Shown piece by piece: positions 9,578 to 19,663 of a DNA stretch of 64,000 nt. A model generated the notes under the pieces. The model had not been told where the DNA came from and ran no database searches. It saw only the letters and a list, made by a program, of their open reading frames with translations. The DNA comes from Candidatus Latescibacterota bacterium. Lineage in GTDB: Bacteria; Latescibacterota; UBA2968. The position numbers and the translations under genes were made by a program. Position 1 is the stretch's first letter. Every line of letters begins with the position of its first letter. Location: the NCBI GenBank assembly GCA_965208125.1, contig OZ242320.1:4960001-5024000 (forward strand), in the 5' to 3' direction.

Positions 9578-12500
9578 TTGATGCTATTGCTGAGGCGAAA
9601 AATCTATCAGATGTGTCTTTATGTACTGGCAGTGTTGCTGTTACCTATCAGTGTTTTTTCCCAGCCACCTGCTACCTTTCGATTGGCCATCGCGCCCTTT
9701 TACTCCCCCTACAATGGCGATTACGGTGTCTATATGGCTGACCGCATAGCCTATGAACTCCATCGCCGCGCTTATGTCCCCGCTCTGGGAAGAACGCGTT
9801 TTGTTTTCATAGAAATCGATGTACCAATGGGAGAGATAGGCCAGGCGGACAGGCAACTTTCTCCCGCGCTGCGCGAGTTCCTTAGCAAAAGGGTTCCCGC
9901 CACCTATCTCTTGACGGGTTCTGTCGCGTTTACGGGTATTTACACAATTAAACTCAAGCTCATCGATCTTCAGACTGGTATAATTGTCTGGACGAACGAT
10001 GTGCGGGACAATCCTGCGTGGCTTTGGACCAGAGCACATCGGTCTGTGGGAGAGATCCCCGCTGCCGAAGTGCGGTCTTCGCTTGGATTTGCCGAAGGGG
10101 AAACACCTGTACCTGCGCCAGAAGCTGAACATTTGCCGCACCATATTCTCATGCAACCGATCCATACTACAGATTATCTGCCTCTTGCTGCTGATTGTGA
10201 AATGCACCTCAAAAATGCGATTCAGCGCGATGGCCTGTTTTCTCTTATACCAGGGACATTAAAAGGAAGACAGGGGCGCGAGCGGTTTTCTCGTATCAGT
10301 CCTGATTTGCGACGTCAAGCATCGGAAACAACGCTTGCAGAGGCCATCCTGACGGGTAGCTTGCTCGTGCTGGGCAAAGATGGCGCAATGGACAACTTCG
10401 GTGTGGTGTTGCGTTTGATTGACGTGGAGACCGGACAAATTCTCTGGATGGGGTCTTCAACTGGGCGGAGAGTCTGGCGATGGGACAAAATAGCGGATAT
10501 TGTGTCTGCGGCCTTGGGACGACTTGGCGAAGACTTCGCGCAGTACGGGGCAGGGGCAGCAGAGACCCAGATTGCGGCTTTGCGCGAGCATGCTAAAGAT
10601 GGGAAATCGTGGAGTGTACTCGGTCATGCCTATCTCGAGCGGGGATTGCTCAAGCAGGCTGAAGAAGCATTTGAAAAAGCCCTGATTTTCCCCGATGCTC
10701 CGGCAGAGGCACGCGCGGGAAAAGGGCTGGTGCTGCTGAGGCGGGGAGGGCATTTCGATGACGGAGTGCAAGCACTCAGGTCTGCAATCCGAACGGATCC
10801 AGATTATCTCGATGCGTACAGCTATCTCGCGCAAGCTCTTCTCGATCAGGGGATGGTTGATGGCGTGAAAATTGCCGAAAATGCCATTCGGCGCGATTCG
10901 ACATATCTACCGCCATACCGCGTTCTGGGCGATTGGTATGCCGACCGCGAAGATCACCAAAGAGCACGGACATTTTACCGGGCGTATTTGACAAACAACC
11001 CTGACGATGAAGTCGCTGAACGGCTGGGTAGAAGTCTGTTGCAGTTGAAAAATTATCGGGATATAGATCGCTTTATCGCACCTATCGCACGCGAAAAACC
11101 CGAAGCCTCGCATTTGCTGCCCATTATGGCAATCAAAGCCTTGCGGGTGAAACGCTTTGAGGAATCGACCCAATTATTCGAGCGATTTCTCGCGCAAATT
11201 AACGTGCGCGAACGCCAGCTTTACGACGATATTCAGGTGCTGTTGTTAGATGAGGAAATAGGGACTTATCGCGCGCTTGACGATGCGGACAAAAAAAAGT
11301 ATGTGGCGCGTTTTTGGCGTGCAAAAAATCCAAATTTGTCCAGCGCATACAACGAGCGACAACTGGCGCACTACGAACGGGTCTGGATGGCGCGCTGGGC
11401 ATTTGGGAGGGAAAACTATCCCTGGGACCGACGCGGTGAGGTCTATATTCGCTACGGTGAACCCGATTACCGCGCCCGATCAGGATGGGTTCCCTCGCTG
11501 CCCTCAATACGTGTACAGGAAGTGAAGGAAAAGGTGTACCGAGAATTGTATCGAGATCCCAATGAAGGCGAATTGATTGGCCCGGTTTTTCCCATTCGGA
11601 GCGATCGCGGGTTTGCTGCTGAGCGCGAAAGAGAGGTGCTCGATATACCCGATCAAAATACCTTAGACCCGGTTGAGGGACGCCGTGAAGAAGCCTCCCG
11701 CAGCGACCCTTCTCAGGAGGCTTATGCGCCTGTTACCATGCAACACGATCGCAGTATCGTGCCCTGGGAGTCGTGGGTCTATACCGAGGTGGATGGCGGC
11801 TTGGTCATCGATTTCACACGCGAATTGGGTGGCGTCTCCGGGTTTGATTTCGCGCCCATACCTCCCATCCCACCCACTATGCTCAGAGACAATATTCGGA
11901 TTGCCGAACACGCTCCGGCAATTCGCTACAAAAACGCCACAGTGAGCCAAACCGATGAATTTCGCAAAGCACCTCGCTTGTCGCTGGGAACTTTTTATTT
12001 TGATCTGGCGGACTTTCGGGGTAGTGCAGGCAAAACCCGAGTGGATATTATTTACGGCATACCGCTTGAAAATTTGCTTGTCGTTACAGATGGACAGCAG
12101 CCCCAGGTGGTGCTTGAACGCGCGGTTGCGCTGGCCGATTCGGCATACCGCGTGGTGTATCGAAACGCGCAAAAAGTGCAGTATTTTGTAGATACCTCAA
12201 ATGTCATCACTCGGGAAGTTGTGGATATCACGCGCCAGGATGTACCCGCAGGCATGTATCATCTCACACTGACTGTTACCGATGCTATGACCGCGCGGCA
12301 AGGGGTGTTCGCGCTCGATGTGAAGATTGATGAATACGATGAAGAACAGCTCCGTATCAGCGATCTCTTACTCGTTAAAAGTCTATCGGATACGCTGCGC
12401 GATACGCGATTTCGTCGGGGAAATTGGCAAGTTGTTCCCAATCCTCGCAGAACGGTCCGCGCGCCCAACCCACTGGCGTTTTATTGCGAAGTGTACAATT

Positions 12501-12772
12501 TGGAAAAAGACGAGTTTGGACAGACTCGCTATCGCGTGACAACAGCAGTCAAGGCAACAAAAACAGATCAGAGACGTGGGCAGGGGAATGTTGACCAACC
12601 CGAGGTCGCACTATCTTATACACAAGTGGGCAACAGCGACTGGGAACGCTTGCCCCTCGAAGTACACCTCGAACACGCACAGGCAGGACAAAATCGCCTT
12701 TTTGTAATTATTGAGGATCTCGTTGCGGGGACACGAGTGGCAAAGGATACTTTTTTTGAGTATATTCGATAA
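9578..12772 (+). CDS. GWxTD domain protein with TPR repeats and N-terminal CsgG/LpoB-like domains
   Basis: FWRAKNPNLSSAYNERQLAHYERV...PWDRRGEVYIRYGEPD (GWxTD variant); two LIDLQTGIIVW / LIDVETGQILW motifs; TPR array; C-terminal ISDLLL...PNPRR...FYCEVYNL. True start may be 9581 or 9611. Confidence 0.82.
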   Translation: MMLLLRRKIYQMCLYVLAVLLLPISVFSQPPATFRLAIAPFYSPYNGDYGVYMADRIAYELHRRAYVPALGRTRFVFIEIDVPMGEIGQADRQLSPALREFLSKRVPATYLLTGSVAFTGIYTIKLKLIDLQTGIIVWTNDVRDNPAWLWTRAHRSVGEIPAAEVRSSLGFAEGETPVPAPEAEHLPHHILMQPIHTTDYLPLAADCEMHLKNAIQRDGLFSLIPGTLKGRQGRERFSRISPDLRRQASETTLAEAILTGSLLVLGKDGAMDNFGVVLRLIDVETGQILWMGSSTGRRVWRWDKIADIVSAALGRLGEDFAQYGAGAAETQIAALREHAKDGKSWSVLGHAYLERGLLKQAEEAFEKALIFPDAPAEARAGKGLVLLRRGGHFDDGVQALRSAIRTDPDYLDAYSYLAQALLDQGMVDGVKIAENAIRRDSTYLPPYRVLGDWYADREDHQRARTFYRAYLTNNPDDEVAERLGRSLLQLKNYRDIDRFIAPIAREKPEASHLLPIMAIKALRVKRFEESTQLFERFLAQINVRERQLYDDIQVLLLDEEIGTYRALDDADKKKYVARFWRAKNPNLSSAYNERQLAHYERVWMARWAFGRENYPWDRRGEVYIRYGEPDYRARSGWVPSLPSIRVQEVKEKVYRELYRDPNEGELIGPVFPIRSDRGFAAEREREVLDIPDQNTLDPVEGRREEASRSDPSQEAYAPVTMQHDRSIVPWESWVYTEVDGGLVIDFTRELGGVSGFDFAPIPPIPPTMLRDNIRIAEHAPAIRYKNATVSQTDEFRKAPRLSLGTFYFDLADFRGSAGKTRVDIIYGIPLENLLVVTDGQQPQVVLERAVALADSAYRVVYRNAQKVQYFVDTSNVITREVVDITRQDVPAGMYHLTLTVTDAMTARQGVFALDVKIDEYDEEQLRISDLLLVKSLSDTLRDTRFRRGNWQVVPNPRRTVRAPNPLAFYCEVYNLEKDEFGQTRYRVTTAVKATKTDQRRGQGNVDQPEVALSYTQVGNSDWERLPLEVHLEHAQAGQNRLFVIIEDLVAGTRVAKDTFFEYIR

Positions 12773-12806
12773 AAACAATCTATTTAATTTTTTTTAGGCC
12801 GACTGA

Positions 12807-12835
12807 TTGACAGAAATGCGAGCATTGCTTAAGTT
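12807..12835 (+). promoter_or_regulatory. Putative sigma-70 promoter of the ruvX-mltG-pcrA operon
   Basis: TTGACA-N17-TAAGTT followed by RBS GGAGAGG and ATG 12854. Confidence 0.55.
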
Positions 12836-12853
12836 TGCTTGAAGGAGAGGAAA

Positions 12854-13204
12854 ATGGAAAAGCCAGATTTTAGTGAAGATGATCGCATCTTGTCCGTTTT
12901 GACGGACAATGCAGATATTGAGGCGTTTAGCAATCTGATGGAACACGCACACGAGCAAGGGGTTAGTGCGGCTGATTTTATTCGCGAAGAACCCAGACGC
13001 ACCTCTCGAAAGCGCATTCGCAAGCTCTGCCTGAAAAACCGCAAACGATCCTTGCAGGTGATGTTCCAATCCGTCATCAAATCGCTATGGGATCGTCCTG
13101 TTACCGACACATCGGCTGTCGAATCCCTGTATGGGGGGATGCCTCCACAATTTGGAAAGCCCCACCGCAATGGTCATACCAACAAAAGGAATAAGGGTGA
13201 ATAA
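12854..13204 (+). CDS. Hypothetical protein
   Basis: Promoter and strong RBS upstream; first gene of a tightly coupled operon; no recognised motif. Confidence 0.6.
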   Translation: MEKPDFSEDDRILSVLTDNADIEAFSNLMEHAHEQGVSAADFIREEPRRTSRKRIRKLCLKNRKRSLQVMFQSVIKSLWDRPVTDTSAVESLYGGMPPQFGKPHRNGHTNKRNKGE

Positions 13205-13373
13205 TCCGCTGATCCTTCGGGCACATATTGATGAAATAGAAACCCTTCGAGACGACCTGTTGCCATCTGCAAAACGCGGGCAAGGCGATGCGCGTGAACT
13301 CGCGATTGCCCTCCACAAGGTTGCAATGGAAAAGCGGGATCGTTTGCGAGGGCATAATAGCAGACAACCCTGA
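13197..13373 (+). CDS. Small hypothetical helical protein (58 aa)
   Basis: GTG start overlapping the upstream stop; ends 2 nt before ruvX and fills the operon gap exactly. Confidence 0.5.
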   Translation: MNNPLILRAHIDEIETLRDDLLPSAKRGQGDARELAIALHKVAMEKRDRLRGHNSRQP

Positions 13374-13375
13374 TT

Positions 13376-13786
13376 ATGGCGCGCATTCTATCCGTTGACT
13401 TTGGCAGACGCCGCATTGGGCTTGCGGTATGCGACGAATTGCAAATTTCTGTTCGGGGATTGCCCACACTTAAAGTTCGCAATTTCAGTGACAGTATAGC
13501 ACAGGTCGCACAGGTCGCAGGGGATCAGGCAGCAGAGAAAGTGGTAGTTGGCTTGCCCTTAAACATGGATGGCAGCTGTGGGGACATGGCGCAGGTCGCA
13601 GAAGATTTCGCTTCTCAACTCGCTGTTTTGTGCAACATGCCGGTTCGCATGTTTGATGAACGGCTTTCATCTGTAGGAGCAAAACGCGAGTTGCATACCA
13701 TGCAAAGAAAAAAACGCAAAGGTGAAGTAGATCGCCTGGCGGCAGTATTAATTCTCGAAACCTATTTGCAGCACAAAGGAAGATAG
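13376..13786 (+). CDS. ruvX: Holliday junction resolvase-like / pre-16S rRNA nuclease RuvX (YqgF)
   Basis: ILSVDFGRRRIGLAVCD, VVGLPLNMDG, DERLSS, VDRLAAVLILETYL. Confidence 0.95.
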   Translation: MARILSVDFGRRRIGLAVCDELQISVRGLPTLKVRNFSDSIAQVAQVAGDQAAEKVVVGLPLNMDGSCGDMAQVAEDFASQLAVLCNMPVRMFDERLSSVGAKRELHTMQRKKRKGEVDRLAAVLILETYLQHKGR

Positions 13787-13792
13787 CCTCTC

Positions 13793-14818
13793 ATGAAACG
13801 GTTTCTCTTTATTTTAAGCATTGTGCCAATTGTATGTATTTTGGGTGCTTGTACGGGGGTTTTTATCTTAAACCGACCAACGGGAGTGGGGAAGAAAGAG
13901 GTCGAGATTCGACATGGGACAACGGTTAAACAAATCAGTCAGCAACTCTACGGGAAACGCCTGATCCACAGCCCATACTTGCTACAATTTTTCGCGCACT
14001 TCAATGGAAGTAGTCGCCGTCTGAAGGCTGGCATTCATCCCTTCAATGGACAGATGACAACCTGGGAGGTTTTGCTCGAATTGGAGCGTTCGCGCGATAT
14101 CACGCAAAATGTCACGATTCCCGAAGGTTTAGAAAAAAAACAAGTTGCAGCGATTCTATCGAAAAAATTAAATCTCGACCAGAAAAAATTGCTGTTGTTA
14201 ATGAACAGTGCCACTTTTTGCAGAACCCTTTCCGTACAGGCCAAAGACCTGGAAGGCTATTTGTTTCCCGAAACCTATAATTTTCCGACAACAATATCAG
14301 AACAACAAGTTCTGCGCAGGATGATTGAGCATTGTCACGCTGTTTTTGATGAGCGGCTCCAGAGACGCGCACGGGAACTCGAAATGAGTATTTACGAGGT
14401 GATCACCCTCGCATCTATTATCGAAGGGGAAACCAGTTGGGATTCCGAGCGAGACACGATTGCAGCAGTTTATCACAATCGCCTTAAAAAAGGCATGCGT
14501 CTGCAAGCCGACCCCACGGTGCAATATGCTCTTCCCGGTGAACCTCGGCGGCTATTTTATAAGGATTATGACTACGATTCGCCCTATAATACCTATCGCC
14601 ATGCGGGACTCCCACCCGGGCCGATTAACAGTCCTGGACGCGCATCTATCGAGGCTGCTCTTTTTCCTGCGGATGTCGATTATCTGTATTTTGTCGCTAC
14701 TGGCGAAGGCGGCCATATTTTTACCCGTACTTTGCAAGAGCACAAGGCTGCAACAAAAAGGACCGCGTCTGCACGCAAAAATACCTGGGAAAAAAAGAAA
14801 CTGGTAACTGGGGATTAG
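13793..14818 (+). CDS. mltG: Endolytic transglycosylase MltG
   Basis: VTIPEG, LEGYLFPETY, LASIIEGE, LQADPTVQY, SPYNTY...GLPPGPINSPG. Confidence 0.95.
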   Translation: MKRFLFILSIVPIVCILGACTGVFILNRPTGVGKKEVEIRHGTTVKQISQQLYGKRLIHSPYLLQFFAHFNGSSRRLKAGIHPFNGQMTTWEVLLELERSRDITQNVTIPEGLEKKQVAAILSKKLNLDQKKLLLLMNSATFCRTLSVQAKDLEGYLFPETYNFPTTISEQQVLRRMIEHCHAVFDERLQRRARELEMSIYEVITLASIIEGETSWDSERDTIAAVYHNRLKKGMRLQADPTVQYALPGEPRRLFYKDYDYDSPYNTYRHAGLPPGPINSPGRASIEAALFPADVDYLYFVATGEGGHIFTRTLQEHKAATKRTASARKNTWEKKKLVTGD

Positions 14819-14845
14819 GGGCCTGGACACCTTGCCAATGAATTT

Positions 14846-17017
14846 ATGTCTTCGATTCTCGATGGATTAAATGATGGACAACGCGAAGCTGTACAGGCTG
14901 TAGATGGCCCGGTACTCATTCTCGCGGGGGCGGGGTCCGGCAAAACGCGTGTTTTGACACGGCGCATCGCCTATCTGTTGAGTGAATGCGGTGTTGATCC
15001 GCGCCAGATTCTGGCGATGACCTTTACCAATAAGGCCGCCGGGGAAATGCGCGAGCGGGTCGAAGATCTCCTGCATCGTTCGTGCAAAACCATGTGGATC
15101 GGTACATTCCACAGTTTGTGTGCGCGTCTTTTGCGATCACAGGCCGAACGGGTGGGACTGAGGTCCAACTTTACGATTTACGATGCAACAGATCAACTCG
15201 CACTTCTGCGACGGGTTATTGCCGATGAAGAACTTTCCGAACGCGATTTCCCTGCGCGTTTGATTCGCACGAGGATCAGCCAGGCGAAAAATCAGATGGT
15301 GGGAGTTGATGTGTTTGCCCAGCGTGCGAGCACATTTCGGGAGCAAACAATCGCGCGGGTTTTCCGCCACTATCAGGATGCCCTGAAGCAAAATAATGCT
15401 GTTGATTTTGATGATTTGTTGACATTGAGCGTGGAGTTAATCCGCGACCACGAAGATGTGCGTCAAACCTATCAGACGCAGTTTTCACATATTTTAATTG
15501 ACGAGTATCAGGATACCAATCGCCCACAATACCTTTTTGCCCGTTATCTGGCTGAAGAGCATCAAAATATATGTGTTGTTGGCGATGACGATCAGAGTAT
15601 CTATGCATGGCGCGGCGCAGATATTCGCAATATTCTCGATTTTGAAGCCGATTATCCCAACGCGCTTGTCGTCCGTCTGGAGCAAAACTACCGTTCGACG
15701 CAGGTTATTCTGGATGCTGGCAATGCCCTGATTCGCCACAATGCGGGGCGCAAGGGAAAGGAACTCTGGACAGATCGCGCGGGGGGCGAGAAAATCCGTC
15801 TGAAAAGATGTGCCGATGAAGCAGAAGAAGCCCGCTGGATCGCCGGCGTTGCACGAGACTTTAAGCGCACATATACCTACCGAGATATGGCGGTGCTATA
15901 TCGCACCAATGCACAGTCTCGCGCCCTTGAAGAAGGTTTTAGACGCGCCAATATCCCGTATCAAATCGTGGGCGATGTGCGATTTTACGAGCGCAAGGAA
16001 GTCAAGGATGTGCTCGCATATCTCAAATTGGTGGTCAATCCGCGCGATTCCATCAGTTTTTGGCGCGTGATTAACACACCGCGCCGCGGCATTGGGGCGA
16101 CATCTACAGGACGGCTCGATGAGTTTGCCATGCGCGAGGGGTTTGCGCCCTATGAAGCACTTGCACATTTAGACGTTATTGACGCGATTCCGAAACGCAC
16201 AGCCCACGCGATGCAGCAGTTTTACGACATGATCGAGGAGTTTCGCGTGGATATGGAGACGATACCAGCGGATGAACTCGCGGAAAAAATTGTCGATGAA
16301 ACAGGATATTTGCGTGATTTTGAGAAACTTCTGCCAGAAGAACAGATGTCGCGAAGAGATCATGTCGCGGAATTGTTGACGGATATTCAGATTTTTGTCG
16401 AACAGTCGGACGATGTCTCTTTAGAGGCGTATTTGCGGAAAGTTTCGCTGGTGACAGATGTGGATCAGTGGGAAAACGCCGCCAATTCGGTCACGTTGAT
16501 GACTCTGCACAGTGCTAAGGGATTGGAATTTCCCATTGTATTTGTTGTTGGCCTTGAAGAAGGGCTGTTTCCGATTTTGCGACCCGCTGGCGACGAGGGG
16601 GATTGGGAAGATGCTTTAGAAGAGGAACGCCGTCTTTTTTACGTGGGCATTACCCGCGCCCAGGATCGGCTCTTTTTGTCCTATGCGATGCGAAGACAAC
16701 GATACGGCGGTGCGGTGGCCTGCTCTGCCTCGCAGTTTTTGTCCGAAATCCCCGAAGATCTGCTCGATGCTGGTTTTAGGATCAGTGAAGTCAGTAGCAT
16801 TCCACGCCGAAAATCGGGCCGAGTACCCGCCCGTCGAGTCAACCCGAGAGAACCGTTTTTAATGGATGTCGGATCGTGGGTTGTACATCCCGCCTGGGGG
16901 CGTGGACAGATTCAAAGCCGCGCTGGATCGGGGCAAACGGCCAGACTCAAAGTGCGATTCGATGGTGGAAACGTCAAGACCCTCATGGTCAAATATGCCA
17001 ATCTTCAGCCAGGATAG
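14846..17017 (+). CDS. pcrA: ATP-dependent DNA helicase PcrA/UvrD
   Basis: AGAGSGKT, TFTNKAA, DEYQDTN, VGDDDQSIYAWRGA, LEQNYRST, MTLHSAKGLEF, EERRLFYVGITRA, C-terminal Tudor-like tail. Confidence 0.95.
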   Translation: MSSILDGLNDGQREAVQAVDGPVLILAGAGSGKTRVLTRRIAYLLSECGVDPRQILAMTFTNKAAGEMRERVEDLLHRSCKTMWIGTFHSLCARLLRSQAERVGLRSNFTIYDATDQLALLRRVIADEELSERDFPARLIRTRISQAKNQMVGVDVFAQRASTFREQTIARVFRHYQDALKQNNAVDFDDLLTLSVELIRDHEDVRQTYQTQFSHILIDEYQDTNRPQYLFARYLAEEHQNICVVGDDDQSIYAWRGADIRNILDFEADYPNALVVRLEQNYRSTQVILDAGNALIRHNAGRKGKELWTDRAGGEKIRLKRCADEAEEARWIAGVARDFKRTYTYRDMAVLYRTNAQSRALEEGFRRANIPYQIVGDVRFYERKEVKDVLAYLKLVVNPRDSISFWRVINTPRRGIGATSTGRLDEFAMREGFAPYEALAHLDVIDAIPKRTAHAMQQFYDMIEEFRVDMETIPADELAEKIVDETGYLRDFEKLLPEEQMSRRDHVAELLTDIQIFVEQSDDVSLEAYLRKVSLVTDVDQWENAANSVTLMTLHSAKGLEFPIVFVVGLEEGLFPILRPAGDEGDWEDALEEERRLFYVGITRAQDRLFLSYAMRRQRYGGAVACSASQFLSEIPEDLLDAGFRISEVSSIPRRKSGRVPARRVNPREPFLMDVGSWVVHPAWGRGQIQSRAGSGQTARLKVRFDGGNVKTLMVKYANLQPG

Positions 17018-17025
17018 GACTCCCT

Positions 17026-17313
17026 ATGCCTGTTTCAAAAGATGATGTGCGAAAAGTGGCGCAACTTGCGCGCTTGAACTTTGCGCCTGAAGAAGAGGCG
17101 CAACTAATTGACGACTTGAACCGCATGCTCGAATATGTTGCGGCACTTGATCAACTCGATACAACAGAGGTCTCCCCAACAGCGCATGTACTCCCCCTGG
17201 AAAATGCGTTTCGGGACGATGTAATGGGGCAATCGTTGGATCGGTCGGACGCGCTGGCGAATGCCCCACTTTCCGGCCAAGGTCACTTCCGCGTCCCCAG
17301 AGTAATTGAATAA
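17026..17313 (+). CDS. gatC: Asp/Glu-tRNA amidotransferase subunit C
   Basis: DVRKVAQLARL...LDTTEVSPTAH...FRDD...LANAP...FRVPRVIE. Confidence 0.93.
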   Translation: MPVSKDDVRKVAQLARLNFAPEEEAQLIDDLNRMLEYVAALDQLDTTEVSPTAHVLPLENAFRDDVMGQSLDRSDALANAPLSGQGHFRVPRVIE

Positions 17314-17376
17314 GCACAAGTGTCGGCAGTGAACTCCTGCCGATTTTCTTTTGTCGAACACAGATGGAGGCACATT

Positions 17377-19158
17377 GTGAAAAAAAATGATCGCGAACCA
17401 AAATACATCGTGGTTGCCGGGGGGGTGATCAGTGGCGTGGGGAAAGGACTCGCCACGGCTTCTATCGGTAAAATTTTGCAGTATTACGGCTATAAAACCA
17501 CGGCCATAAAAATTGATCCCTATTTGAATTACGATGCCGGAACACTCAGGCCTACAGAACACGGTGAGGTGTGGGTCACGGATGACGGGGGCGAGATCGA
17601 TCTCGATTTGGGCAACTATGAGCGGTTTCTCGGCTTGGATTTGCCCCGCACAAACAATCTTACAACCGGACAAATTTACCACGCGGTTATCGAGCGTGAG
17701 CGACGGGGCGAATATCTCGGGCAGACCGTTCAGCCGATCCCACATATTACCGACGAGATCAAAGATCGGGTTCAGAATGCTGCGCAGGGGACCGATATCG
17801 CGCTGGTCGAAATTGGCGGCACCATTGGCGATGATGAGAATATCCCATTTTTCTTTGCAATGAAGGGCCTGGAACGGGAAATTGGCGAGGCCAATATTAT
17901 GTATGTGCTGGTTAGCTATTTACCCGTGCCCGACCACATCAACGAGATGAAGACCAAACCCACGCAACACGCGGTCAAGCTTCTCAGCGGGCATGGCATG
18001 GTGCCCGACTTTATTATTTGTCGCGCCACGCGACCAATTGATGAGGTGCGAAAACGCAAAATTGAGGTTTCGGCCAATATTCCAAAAGATCGCATTATTT
18101 CTGCACCAGATCTGGATATCGTGTATCAGGTTCCGATCCATTATGAAAGCGAGCAAGTAGGTGTTAAAATGCTCGCACATCTGGGTCTGGAACCAAAAAA
18201 AGAACCCGACTGGACGCGGTGGACGCATTTGGTACAGACGATTCGTCAGCCTTCACAGACGGTTAAAGTCGCGATGGTCGGGAAATACGTCGAGATCGGC
18301 GATTACGAATTTACAGATTCGTACATTTCAGTGAACCAATCTCTCGAACACGCCGGTGCTAATTTAGACACGCGCATCGATATTTCCTGGATTGATTCGG
18401 CCAGCCTCGAAATGGGGGGGGGCGAAGATGTGCTTGGAGAATTTGATGGCATTATTGTGCCTGGTGCTTTTGGGGAGGGGGGGGCTGAAGGGGTGATTGA
18501 AGCCATTCGCTATGCGCGAGAAAATGATCTGCCATTCCTCGGGCTGTGTTATGGACTTCAGATGGCCATTGTTGAATATGCGAGAAACGTGGTGGGATTG
18601 AAAGATGCCAATTCGGCTGAAAATGACCCCGATACGCCTCATGCTGTGATCGATATTCAGATGAGCCAACGAGAAATTATTGAAGAAAGCCGTTTTGGCG
18701 GTACAATGCGTCTGGGAGGATATGTGGCCGTACTGCGCCGAGAGAGTGTCGTGCTCGACCTGTATGAACGCACGGGGCGCCTGGAGGAAGACGCTTGGCG
18801 CGTTGATCAACTGAGAAAGAATCCGGCTGAGGCTTTCCGCCTGGGTGTTCTTCTCGAAAGCGAGCGCTGTGTGATTGAACGCCATCGCCATCGCTATGAA
18901 GTATCGCCCAAATTTGTCGATTTGCTCGATGAATTTGGCCTGATTTTTTCCGGGTATCACCGCCGCGAGGATGGCACCAAACTGATGGAATTTATCGAGT
19001 TACCCGATCATCCTTTTTTTGTGGCTACGCAAGCCCATCCCGAATTTAAGTCGCGCCTCGAACAACCAGCCCCTTTATTTTACGGTTTTGTAGAAGCTGT
19101 TGTCGCTCACACAAAGGCACGAGTTGGTGATGCGTCGGTTTCTGAAAAAAGCATCTGA
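17377..19158 (+). CDS. pyrG: CTP synthase (divergent type)
   Basis: GGVISGVGKG, KIDPYLNYDAGT, HGEVWVTDDGGEIDLDLGNYERF, KTKPTQH, GLCYGLQ, ERHRHRYEV, QAHPEFKSR; GTG start after GGAGG. Confidence 0.95.
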   Translation: MKKNDREPKYIVVAGGVISGVGKGLATASIGKILQYYGYKTTAIKIDPYLNYDAGTLRPTEHGEVWVTDDGGEIDLDLGNYERFLGLDLPRTNNLTTGQIYHAVIERERRGEYLGQTVQPIPHITDEIKDRVQNAAQGTDIALVEIGGTIGDDENIPFFFAMKGLEREIGEANIMYVLVSYLPVPDHINEMKTKPTQHAVKLLSGHGMVPDFIICRATRPIDEVRKRKIEVSANIPKDRIISAPDLDIVYQVPIHYESEQVGVKMLAHLGLEPKKEPDWTRWTHLVQTIRQPSQTVKVAMVGKYVEIGDYEFTDSYISVNQSLEHAGANLDTRIDISWIDSASLEMGGGEDVLGEFDGIIVPGAFGEGGAEGVIEAIRYARENDLPFLGLCYGLQMAIVEYARNVVGLKDANSAENDPDTPHAVIDIQMSQREIIEESRFGGTMRLGGYVAVLRRESVVLDLYERTGRLEEDAWRVDQLRKNPAEAFRLGVLLESERCVIERHRHRYEVSPKFVDLLDEFGLIFSGYHRREDGTKLMEFIELPDHPFFVATQAHPEFKSRLEQPAPLFYGFVEAVVAHTKARVGDASVSEKSI

Positions 19159-19663
19159 GGTTCTGTTATGCGCCCTGTGTGCCTGCGCCTCAGCTGACCG
19201 GATAGAGCAGGCTGCGAATGAAGCACCGGTTAACCGAGAAATGTGGCACTGGTCCACGCACATTACAGATCGCGGCAAATCCCGGGCGCAGGTCCGAGCT
19301 GGCTCTTTTCAACAGGTGTCGGAAAATGAACCCGCCCGATTTTCCGATGGGGTTCGGGTTGTATTTTTTAATTCCCAGGGCGATACAGTTTCCACGCTGA
19401 GTGCTGAAAGGGGCGAAATTAACGCATCGGGCGACGATATGAAAGTATATGAATCCGTCGTTGTCGTGGCGCGAGACTGTACGCAACTACAAACGGATTC
19501 GCTGCGTTGGCAGCGCGATGAGAATCGCATTATGGGCGAGGGCTTTGTGACGATTTCTCGGCCCGATGGTACAGAGACAGGGGTGGGTTTTAATGCTTCA
19601 TCAGACCTGAAACAGTGGACGCTTTTGTTTGTTAATACGCGAATGAGACGCAAAAAGCCGTGA
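19130..19663 (+). CDS. lptC: LPS export periplasmic protein LptC
   Basis: Position before lptA/lptB; beta-jellyroll motifs F.DG..V.FF, LSAERG, L.TDSL.W, G.GF..S.DL..W; lipoprotein-like N-terminus. Confidence 0.8.
   Translation: MRRFLKKASEVLLCALCACASADRIEQAANEAPVNREMWHWSTHITDRGKSRAQVRAGSFQQVSENEPARFSDGVRVVFFNSQGDTVSTLSAERGEINASGDDMKVYESVVVVARDCTQLQTDSLRWQRDENRIMGEGFVTISRPDGTETGVGFNASSDLKQWTLLFVNTRMRRKKP

Noticed and set aside
17026-17313. Lone gatC alongside asnS as an anomaly
   Set aside because: Dispersed gatCAB genes and coexistence with AsnRS are common, since GatCAB is still needed for Gln-tRNA.
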